From positions 1 through 36,770 of IMG/VR virus record IMGVR_UViG_3300012971_000016: a stretch of DNA of 36,770 nt; one strand, 5' to 3'. Within the stretch, counting starts at the first letter, position 1, and every line of letters begins with the position of its first letter. Below the pieces are notes generated by a model. That model worked only from the letters and a program-made list of their open reading frames with translations. It was not told where the DNA came from and searched no databases. The position numbers and the translations under genes were made by a program. The DNA comes from a virus (Duplodnaviria; Caudoviricetes). Positions 19,393 through 27,331 of this stretch are shown here, in pieces.

Positions 19393-19474
19393 ATAGTTCC
19401 TTAATGTTTATTGATGATTAATATAATTTTACAGAACACTGCTTATATTATGTTTGTAACAGTATTTAATTTTA

Positions 19475-19924
19475 AAATATTAAATTATGGCATCGTAATT
19501 ATCCTCCATTTATTAACAATTGATTGAAAAGTATTTAAACAGATTAAGTATATTTTTATATTTTTCAAGATCTTACTATACGTATCAGAGTAAAAATATT
19601 TTTACCATACCCTAAAAAGTATGGGGTCTTTAAATCTTCTCTGATAGACTTGGAAGCCTTAACGTAAATACGAAGGTAACAAGGGGCAAGAATGACTCAA
19701 CAAATATGTAAAAAATGTGGAATAAATACTAAAAATACCATAGAAATATTCGCATATAATAAGTTTAATATATGCTATAAATGCGAAATTATTTTTTTTG
19801 ATATTGTTGAAGGATTTTTTCAGCCTGAACGTAGCAAGCGAGAAGACTCACATAAATGTGAGATGCGGTGCTCTGAACACTGTGGAAACACAGTGAGGGA
19901 TAAGTAGCCATATTCGTAATATTT
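19475..19924 (+). ncRNA. Circularly permuted group I intron ribozyme (split in P9.1) with 25-nt exon 19549-19573
   Basis: Core P3 TCTTCTC(19635)/GAGAAGA(19840), P4-P6, P7, P8, and P9 with GAAA loop, homologous to the MCP intron. P9.1 partner and omega-G lie upstream. P1 and P10 adjacent on IGS 19615-19630. Confidence 0.75.
19692..19907 (+). CDS. Small CxxC...CxxC ORF starting in L6 and reading through the ribozyme core
   Basis: AAGGGG SD-like; CKKC...CYKC; the C-terminal half is simply translated ribozyme core. Confidence 0.45.
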   Translation: MTQQICKKCGINTKNTIEIFAYNKFNICYKCEIIFFDIVEGFFQPERSKREDSHKCEMRCSEHCGNTVRDK

Positions 19925-19956
19925 ATTTTTTGATTAAAAGTGATATATAGTTACTA

Positions 19957-20040
19957 TAACGCAATAGGGAGTCGTTAACCCATTCCGGACGCAAAGAGGG
20001 ATTCGTCCTCCTTAGACGCAAATGAAGCTTCGTCAACTTC
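19957..20040 (+). promoter_or_regulatory. Three tandem mini-pseudoknot motifs in the capsid 5' leader
   Basis: RACGCAA..X..TCGTY..X' three times, with compensatory changes in both stems. Confidence 0.65.
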
Positions 20041-20083
20041 GAAATGTAATACTATATTTCAGGTTTTTTATAAGGAGAGGTCG

Positions 20084-21353
20084 ATGGCAATAACTACGAC
20101 CAGTACTTTACCGGCTGCGGTTCAACAGTCTTTTAGTTATAAACTGTTATCCGTTCCGGTTCCTAATATGATTCACAAAATACCTGCTATGCGTAAAAAT
20201 ATGCCTCGTAACGGTGGTACAACCTTACGTATGCGTCGGTAGATTTTGCCGACGATAAATTTCTGGTAATTGACTTGGAGACCGAAGTGATAGAATTGAT
20301 ATATAAAAAAAACCGCAGAATGTTAAATCCCATTCAAGTGACCATTCTACGGCGGTTTTTGAATAACATTACTATTATAAATGTTTTTAAATTTTTGTCA
20401 ATTTTATTAACTGGCAACAAGGGGCAAGTTTTAATACAGCCTGAACGACTAAACCCAGAAACCCGAAAGGGATGCGATAGTCTGAACATTACGGAGAACG
20501 TAATGAGATAGAGTCGAAGAACTTTATCCGCCTCAAAAGAGGTCATAAAAAGTAACAGATTGATAATCCGTTAAATACTGCAATGGTTCCGTTAGGAAAT
20601 AGCGGGATAACTCCGCCGCCTCAAAACCTTACTGCAGTTGATATTGATGCTAAGATTTCATTTTATGGTACCTATGTAACATTGAATGAACAAGTTACCT
20701 TACAAAACCAAGATCCGGTTCTTAATGAGTGCGCTGCTCGTCTTGGCGTATCATTGAGACAAACTGAAGATCAGTTAACCCGTGATATGTTAGCTTCAAC
20801 TGCTAGTTTTCTTAACTGTGTAGGAGGGGTAAATGGTGATAACCCTACTGAGATTACTCGTACCGATGTTGATAACATTGTGCGCGCATTGTTAAACAAT
20901 AATGCATATACCATTATGGACAATATTGAAGGTGAAGATAAGTTTGGTACGGCACCAGTTCGTGATGCCTATTTTGCTTTATGTTCAACTCAATTAACCG
21001 GTAATTTAGATTCAGTTGCGGGATTTATTCAAAAGAACCAATATCCGGCACCGATGAATGCATTACGTTCAGAGTGGGGCGCAATTGGGAACCTCAGATT
21101 TCTTGTTTCATCAATTGGCAGCTTTACTCCCGTTGCTTCATTGCTTGGTCAAACCGTATTTAACATATTTTGTGTCGGTATGGAAGCATATGCCTGTATA
21201 GAACAAGATGGCTATAGTGCAGCATTTATTTACCGACCACCAATATATGATGGCCCATTAGCACTTAATGCATCAGTTGGGTATAAATTCGCTGAAGTAC
21301 CGCGAATTACCAATGATCTGTGGGTGTTAAATTTACGTGCTACATTAGCTTAA
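20084..21353 (+). CDS. Major capsid protein, N4-gp56-like; spliced (exon1 20084-20240, exon2 20563-21353; 315 aa)
   Basis: RBS AAGGAGAGG; MAITTTSTLPAAVQQSF...TTLRMRR-Y-NPLNTAMVPLG restored by intron removal; YGTYVTLNEQV...DPVL motif. Confidence 0.9.
20241..20562 (+). mobile_element. Group I self-splicing intron (no endonuclease ORF) in the MCP gene
   Basis: P1 CGTCGGT/GCCGACG with U.G at the splice site; P3 TTTCTGG/CCAGAAA; P7 GACTA/TAGTC; P8, P9, P9.1, P9.2; ends in G; splicing restores the frame. Confidence 0.95.
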
Positions 21354-21363
21354 AGGAGATAAT

Positions 21364-22428
21364 ATGGATGGTACAATTATAGGACAAGGATCCTTTACGC
21401 AAGGTGCAACCGCGGTTGCTCAAACAATCGTAATCCCTTCTAATGTAGATTCTTTAGAAATATATAACTTTACTCAAGCAGCAGCGACTGCCGGTAATGG
21501 ATTTGAATTCTATTGGCAGCGCAGTATGCCATCAGGTAAAGGTATTGTTTGGTTAAGTGGTGCTGCTCATGCGGTAACCGTTAATCAAACTGCAGCTGGC
21601 GCATTTACGCTCTATGATCCAACTGCTATTAGTCCGGTAGGTGCTAATAATAATGGTTCTACCGGTGTCAGTGGATTTACTGCCGCTAATCCTGCAGTGG
21701 TAACCGTTGGGTCTACCTCAGGCATGGCAGCTGGTAATATTGTCAGATTTAATACCTTAGATAATCAACCGCAATATACCGGTATAGATTTTTCAATCGG
21801 ATATGGCACCTTAACAGGTACTACATTCAGTGTTGATTATCTTAATTCTACGGGCTCTATCCCTTCTACTTCAGGTAATTTCAGGGTAGTACAAGTAAAC
21901 CCACTCTTTTATCCAAGATGGCGGGTTATTACTAATGTTACTGCAGCAGCTCAAGCAGTAATTACTTTGAGTGTTGATCATGGATTTACCGTGGGCCAAG
22001 AAGTGAGATTATCATTCCCTGGTGGTACATTAATCTATGGTAATTATGCTGCTCTTGATGGTGTTCAAGCAGTTATTGTAGCGGTTGATACGGCAACAGG
22101 TGTTGGTCATAATACGATTACCGTAGATGTTGATACCTCTGGTTTCCCGACATTTAACTTCCCTTCACCAGGATTAGTACCGTTTAGTCCGGCATTGGTT
22201 ATTCCAATGGGTGAAGATACTGCTACTTCATTGGCCTCATTAGTAGCTCAAGTGCCCGTTGTTAATGGGGTACAAATACCTAATACGAATGTGGGTATTT
22301 TAGCTGATTCAACGGTAAATACGGCTTATTTAGGGATGACATTAGCAGCTGGTGCAGCATTACCTGCTGGATCTGCCAGTGATGTCGTATTCTGGGTAGC
22401 CCGTAAAGCTATGTTTGGTGGTATATAA
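21364..22428 (+). CDS. Virion structural protein (decoration/minor capsid; FCCH-like beta repeats)
   Basis: Follows the MCP; TAANPAVVT and AVITLSVDHGF..G..V motifs. Confidence 0.7.
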   Translation: MDGTIIGQGSFTQGATAVAQTIVIPSNVDSLEIYNFTQAAATAGNGFEFYWQRSMPSGKGIVWLSGAAHAVTVNQTAAGAFTLYDPTAISPVGANNNGSTGVSGFTAANPAVVTVGSTSGMAAGNIVRFNTLDNQPQYTGIDFSIGYGTLTGTTFSVDYLNSTGSIPSTSGNFRVVQVNPLFYPRWRVITNVTAAAQAVITLSVDHGFTVGQEVRLSFPGGTLIYGNYAALDGVQAVIVAVDTATGVGHNTITVDVDTSGFPTFNFPSPGLVPFSPALVIPMGEDTATSLASLVAQVPVVNGVQIPNTNVGILADSTVNTAYLGMTLAAGAALPAGSASDVVFWVARKAMFGGI

Positions 22429-22450
22429 TCGAATATTTTGAGACAGTTTT

Positions 22451-22478
22451 AAAGGGAGATGTAACCGTCTCCCTTTTT
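22451..22478 (+). terminator. Intrinsic terminator after capsid genes
   Basis: AAAGGGAGA...TCTCCCTTTTT. Confidence 0.75.
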
Positions 22479-22493
22479 ATAAAAGGAACACAA

Positions 22494-22925
22494 ATGACAA
22501 CAGCAACAAAAACAATGAAAACAGAACCGACGTTTGATAAGAATGATAAAGAATCGGTAAAAAAATATCTTAAATATCAACAAGCCAAAGATAAAGAGAT
22601 GGTTAAAGGTATTTTTAGATTTCATGAAGTACCTGGCGGCTGCGTAAGTTTTACCTATGGGCCTATGTATAAAGGTGATCAAACTGAACGATATGATTTA
22701 GTTGATGGACAAGTATATAGTTTACCATTAGGAGTTGCCCGTCATCTTAATAAAAATGTCTGGTATCCGGTTCATGCCTATTTACAAGATGAGAATGGTA
22801 ATAAGGTAGCGAAGGTAGGACAAAAAGTAAGACGTTGTAGTTTTCAAAGTCTTGAGTTTGTAGATATTGACGATTTAACACCAACTGGAACCCCGTTAGT
22901 AACCGTAGAAACCGTAGGATTGTAA
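22494..22925 (+). CDS. Hypothetical virion-module protein
   Basis: RBS AAGGA; YSLPLGVARHLN. Confidence 0.75.
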   Translation: MTTATKTMKTEPTFDKNDKESVKKYLKYQQAKDKEMVKGIFRFHEVPGGCVSFTYGPMYKGDQTERYDLVDGQVYSLPLGVARHLNKNVWYPVHAYLQDENGNKVAKVGQKVRRCSFQSLEFVDIDDLTPTGTPLVTVETVGL

Positions 22926-22926
22926 T

Positions 22927-23292
22927 ATGTCAACCTGTTACGCCGTGCAACACCCTTTTTTTCAGCCTGCTATGCGATTAATTGCCGCGATTACCCAATC
23001 TAACCCTGCTGAAGTGACGACCACTTTTGCTCATCAATATAAAGATGGAACTATCGTTAGATTAGATATTCCGCCGGCTGATGGCATGCAACAGGCAGAT
23101 CAATTTGTGGGTGCTCTTGTCGTAACAAGTGACACTACCTTTATTATTAATTTAGATACCACTAATTTTGATCAATTTGCAATACCAGGTTCTCCCGATC
23201 CTCACGTTAATACCTGTGCACAGGTAGTTCCTATTGGTGAAGTTAATGAAACATTAAAGGCAGCTACGCAGAATGTAGCACCATTTATATAA
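22927..23292 (+). CDS. Structural protein with FCCH-like beta domain
   Basis: AITQSNPAEVTT..HQY..G.IVRL motif, as in 21364. Confidence 0.7.
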   Translation: MSTCYAVQHPFFQPAMRLIAAITQSNPAEVTTTFAHQYKDGTIVRLDIPPADGMQQADQFVGALVVTSDTTFIINLDTTNFDQFAIPGSPDPHVNTCAQVVPIGEVNETLKAATQNVAPFI

Positions 23293-23301
23293 GGAGATAA
23301 T

Positions 23302-24417
23302 ATGGCAGTTGCGCCCGTTAGTACCTTAGCAGCAATAGAACAAAAGGTGAGGAGACTTACGAGAAGTCCTTCAACTGCACAGCTTTCAGATAGTGATTTA
23401 GATAACTATATAAATACATTCGTGGTATATGATTTCCCAGAGCATCTTAGAATGTTTAATCTCCGTACGACGTTTTCATTCTATACTAATCCTTATCAAG
23501 ATGTGTATCCTACTGATACTGCTTCTTTTGTAGGGGTTACCACGAATCCGCTCTATGACTTTCAAAATAAATATATTAGTGTTCATCCTCCTTTATATAT
23601 TGCCGGCTATAATTCATTTTTTTCACAAAGCAGAGAACAGTTTTTTGGTATTTATCCCATCGTTACCAGTATTGCTTCAATTGGATTCGTGGGTGATGGT
23701 ATTACGCAAACATTTACGGGTGTCATTAATGCCCAACAATCATTAGTTCCTGCCAATCTTACCCAACAAGTATCCTTATTACAAAATAATGTGCTCTTTA
23801 GCTCAGTGAATGTAAATGGTGCCGGATTAGCCATGATCGATGTACCCTTAGTTAATCCGACAACGGGTAATCCATCGCCGATTGGTAATTTATATGTACC
23901 AGGACAAACGCCAGTTACCCCACCATTATATCCAACAGATCTCGATCCTAATAATAATATTAACTATGCGACTGGTCAGTTTACTGTTACCTTTACGACT
24001 CCTCCTGATGTCGGCAGAGCAATTAATAGCCAGACGGTACCACAGGTAGATACCTTACCGCAGGCTATGTGTTATTACGATAATAAATTTATTTTAAGAC
24101 CCGTCCCTGATCAACCGTATACCGTTAATTTTGAAGCATATATTAGTCCCGTATTTTTAATGTCAACTGATTCTGAACCTGCTTTAAAAGAATGGTGGCA
24201 ATATATTGCGTATGGTGCTGCCAAGAAAATATTTGAAGATCGTATGGATATGGAATCAGTTCAAATGATTATGCCTGAATTTAAAAAACAGGAATCATTA
24301 TGTCTGAGAAGAACAATTGTTCAATATACTAATGAGCGTACTTCGACCATTTATACCGAACAAACCGGTGTTATGGGTTCAGGGTGGGGTTGGGGGTATG
24401 GCGGAGGGCCTTTCTAA
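23302..24417 (+). CDS. Head-tail adaptor / tail tubular protein A-like
   Basis: TL..I...VRRL N-terminus; LRPVPDQPYTV and IAYGAA motifs. Confidence 0.7.
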   Translation: MAVAPVSTLAAIEQKVRRLTRSPSTAQLSDSDLDNYINTFVVYDFPEHLRMFNLRTTFSFYTNPYQDVYPTDTASFVGVTTNPLYDFQNKYISVHPPLYIAGYNSFFSQSREQFFGIYPIVTSIASIGFVGDGITQTFTGVINAQQSLVPANLTQQVSLLQNNVLFSSVNVNGAGLAMIDVPLVNPTTGNPSPIGNLYVPGQTPVTPPLYPTDLDPNNNINYATGQFTVTFTTPPDVGRAINSQTVPQVDTLPQAMCYYDNKFILRPVPDQPYTVNFEAYISPVFLMSTDSEPALKEWWQYIAYGAAKKIFEDRMDMESVQMIMPEFKKQESLCLRRTIVQYTNERTSTIYTEQTGVMGSGWGWGYGGGPF

Positions 24418-24530
24418 TGAATATATTTGGTCTCGATAGCATTATCCCTTTATGTATTATTATTGGTATGGTTGTTATGATATTAGTTAATGAGATGGTA
24501 AAATTAATTGATAATAAAAAGGATGAGTAA
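24417..24530 (+). CDS. 37-aa single-TM microprotein (not in track)
   Basis: MNIFGLDSIIPLCIIIGMVVMILV...; TAATG coupling on both sides. Confidence 0.6.
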   Translation: MNIFGLDSIIPLCIIIGMVVMILVNEMVKLIDNKKDE

Positions 24531-25141
24531 TGGCATATAATGACGTACCATTGGCAGCCCAGCGTATAAAAGATTCACAAGCTCCTATTAGACAGAATTT
24601 TCAGGATATTCAAACTGATTTTTCAGCTAATCATGTGCCAATAGATGATCCATCAGGTAATGGGGGAAAACAACAATTTATTCAATTTCCCAATGTACAT
24701 ATTGATGCTGATATGCCGACTGCAGTTGGTGAAGTTGGCATATTACCTAAAACAGGATTTCTGGGGGCACCAGCCCTGTTTTTTAGAGCTGAAAATAATG
24801 CAACGGTACCGTCAACCGGTTTTACTGAATGTGTAGCAGCTGCCGTTGGCTGGACACGATTACCGTGTGGTATTTTAATTAAATGGGGAGTAGTTTCAGT
24901 TAACTCAAGTGGCAGTATTACCAGAAATTTTAATACTGGCCCAACTATTCCCGTTTTTGCCACTACTCCTTTTTATTATCAATTTACTCCTGAACGAGTT
25001 ACTGCTACTCCTCCGACGGCAACCATATATATTGATAGTTTTGGTGGTTTGCAAAGTGCAACTCAATTTACGATGTATATAACTACGAATGCTTCAGGAG
25101 GAAATACCTTAAGTGTTCGTTGGTTAGCGATAGGAACATAA
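24530..25141 (+). CDS. Short tail fibre-like protein (gp53-like C-terminal domain)
   Basis: GWTRLPCGILIKWG...WLAIG. Confidence 0.75.
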   Translation: MAYNDVPLAAQRIKDSQAPIRQNFQDIQTDFSANHVPIDDPSGNGGKQQFIQFPNVHIDADMPTAVGEVGILPKTGFLGAPALFFRAENNATVPSTGFTECVAAAVGWTRLPCGILIKWGVVSVNSSGSITRNFNTGPTIPVFATTPFYYQFTPERVTATPPTATIYIDSFGGLQSATQFTMYITTNASGGNTLSVRWLAIGT

Positions 25142-25142
25142 C

Positions 25143-27329
25143 ATGCCTTATGATCGGTTCTTAATAGCTCCCATGGCAACCGGTTTAGAAACTGATTTAA
25201 AGCCATGGATAATTCCTGATGATGCTTTTGCGCAACTTAATAATTCCTACGTATTTCGAGGAAGAGTCAGAAAACGATTCGGTTCTTATTTAATGAATGG
25301 TTCAGTTAATGATGCCGTTGCGCAACAACATTCACGACTTCGAATTAATATTGGCGTAACACCAGGCCCCATTAATATACCAGGTACTGCTACCCAACTT
25401 CAAATAGGACAAATGTTTTCAGTTGGTGATGATATGTTTACGATCTGGCAGTTAGGAGCTGGGGTAACCACGTTAAGTACTAATCCTTTAATAGTTGCTG
25501 TTATTGATAGTACCGTTAATCCTAATACCGTTACTTTTGTCGGAGCAGTTCCTGCTACAGCAGTCTATTATTATCCGGCCAATCCAGTGATGGGTCTTAT
25601 TACCTATGATATTCAAAATATTAATGATGAGCCGACCTATGCATTTGATACTCAATTTGCCTATGAATTTGTATTAGGTGGTTGGGAACGATTAGGTACT
25701 GCTATCTGGACAGGAAATGATTCACAGCTGTTTTGGGGTTATACTTATCGAGGGGTAAATGCGTATGATCGCTTGTTATTTGTTACTAATTTTAATGCAC
25801 CTGACCTGATAAAATATTGGGATGGTGCCGTTTGGACTGATTTACATCCCGTATTAAACACTGCGGGTGATACACTAGAAACATGTCGTATTATTGTTGG
25901 ATTTAAAAATAGATTATTAGCACTTAATACCGTCGAAAAAATTGGTGGTATTAATAGATCATTTGTAAACCGTTGCCGTTATTCCGTTAATGGGGATCCA
26001 ACTAATAATGCTACCTCTTGGAATGCAAGTATTCCTGGACAAGGATCATTTATTGATAATCAAGCTACTGAAGAATCTATTATTACCGTAGAATTTCTTA
26101 AAGATCGATTGATTGTCTTTTATGAGAGAAGTACCTGGGAATTGGTATATACGGGTAATGATGAACTACCATTTACTTGGCAACAGATTAATACTGAATT
26201 AGGAGCAGAATCTACTTTTTCCGTAGTTCCTTTTGATAAAGTTACGCTCGGTATTGGCAATGTAGGAATTCATGCCTGTAATGGATCAAACGTTGAACGT
26301 ATTGATGATAAAATTCCTACGGCGGTATTTGAAATTGCGAATGATAATCAAGGGGTATTTAGAGTTTATGGTATTCGTGATTATTTTGTAGAGATGGTCT
26401 ATTGGACATTTCCCGATCCTGAAATTGATACTAAATTTCCTAATCGTGTTTTAGTATATAACTATAAAACCGGATCATGGGCATTCAATGATGATTCTAT
26501 TACCGCCTTTGGTTATTTTCAGAATGTAACGGGATTGCGTTGGCAGGATATTCCTCAGACTTGGCAAGAATCAATAGAATCATGGAATAGTGCTACGTTA
26601 CAATCTAAATTCAGGCAAGTTATTGCTGGTAATCAAGAGGGATTTACTTTTATTATTGATCCTGATTCACCGCGTAATGCACCGGTATTGTCAATAACTA
26701 ATATAACTTATCCGGAATCAGATGTGGTTGAATTTACCGTTATAAATCATAATCTTCAAGAACAAGATTTTATTACCTTAGAGAATTTACAAGGAGTATC
26801 GGGGCCAATACATTCTATTTTTCAAATAGCTAAATTAGTGACTGCTGATCCTACCAATAAATTCCAGATATTTACCAGTGAAATAACCGGTGTTTATACG
26901 GGTGGTGGTACAATAGCCCGAGTTTCTCGTATCGATATTCTTACCAAACAATTTAATCCCTATATTGATAAAGATAGAAATGTATATGTTGCTAAAGTTG
27001 ATTTCTATGTTGATAAAACTGAGCATGGTGCTATTACGGTAGATTATTTTCCGTCAGCAACTACTTTATCGATGATTGATGCGGGTGTCTTATCAACTTC
27101 TATTATGGGAACTTCTATGTTAGAAACAACTCCCTATGCTCTATATCCATTAGAGCAAGTACAAGAACGATTATGGCATCCGGTATATTTACAAACACAA
27201 GGTGAAACTATTCAATTACATCTTTATATTAATGATGAACAAATGTTAGATTTTGATATTATGCAGAGTGATTTTGAACTACATGCAATGACCTTATTCT
27301 GTCAACCAACTACCGCACGCTTGGAGTAA
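25143..27329 (+). CDS. Tail tubular protein B / nozzle (P22 gp10-like)
   Basis: 728 aa, beta-rich; RGRVRKRFG near the N-terminus; operon position. Confidence 0.75.
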   Translation: MPYDRFLIAPMATGLETDLKPWIIPDDAFAQLNNSYVFRGRVRKRFGSYLMNGSVNDAVAQQHSRLRINIGVTPGPINIPGTATQLQIGQMFSVGDDMFTIWQLGAGVTTLSTNPLIVAVIDSTVNPNTVTFVGAVPATAVYYYPANPVMGLITYDIQNINDEPTYAFDTQFAYEFVLGGWERLGTAIWTGNDSQLFWGYTYRGVNAYDRLLFVTNFNAPDLIKYWDGAVWTDLHPVLNTAGDTLETCRIIVGFKNRLLALNTVEKIGGINRSFVNRCRYSVNGDPTNNATSWNASIPGQGSFIDNQATEESIITVEFLKDRLIVFYERSTWELVYTGNDELPFTWQQINTELGAESTFSVVPFDKVTLGIGNVGIHACNGSNVERIDDKIPTAVFEIANDNQGVFRVYGIRDYFVEMVYWTFPDPEIDTKFPNRVLVYNYKTGSWAFNDDSITAFGYFQNVTGLRWQDIPQTWQESIESWNSATLQSKFRQVIAGNQEGFTFIIDPDSPRNAPVLSITNITYPESDVVEFTVINHNLQEQDFITLENLQGVSGPIHSIFQIAKLVTADPTNKFQIFTSEITGVYTGGGTIARVSRIDILTKQFNPYIDKDRNVYVAKVDFYVDKTEHGAITVDYFPSATTLSMIDAGVLSTSIMGTSMLETTPYALYPLEQVQERLWHPVYLQTQGETIQLHLYINDEQMLDFDIMQSDFELHAMTLFCQPTTARLE

Positions 27330-27331
27330 TT

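Noticed and set aside
19514-19526. Alternative omega-G at TAACAATTG (19522) or GATTG (19526)
   Set aside because: Downstream bases do not pair with the guide, whereas G19548 gives a 9-bp P10 adjacent to P1; disfavoured but not excluded.
19957-20040. CRISPR array or known riboswitch (preQ1, SAM-II, guanidine-II)
   Set aside because: Period is only 27-30 nt with no spacers or cas genes, and the consensus does not match those aptamers as I recall them.
20240-20242. In-frame TAG in the MCP as stop-codon recoding or a pseudogene
   Set aside because: Explained by the group I intron; other genes use TAG as a normal stop.
20275-20546. ORFs 20275-20511 (+) and 20334-20546 (-) as homing endonucleases
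   Set aside because: They overlap structured intron RNA, have no nuclease motif and no convincing RBS.
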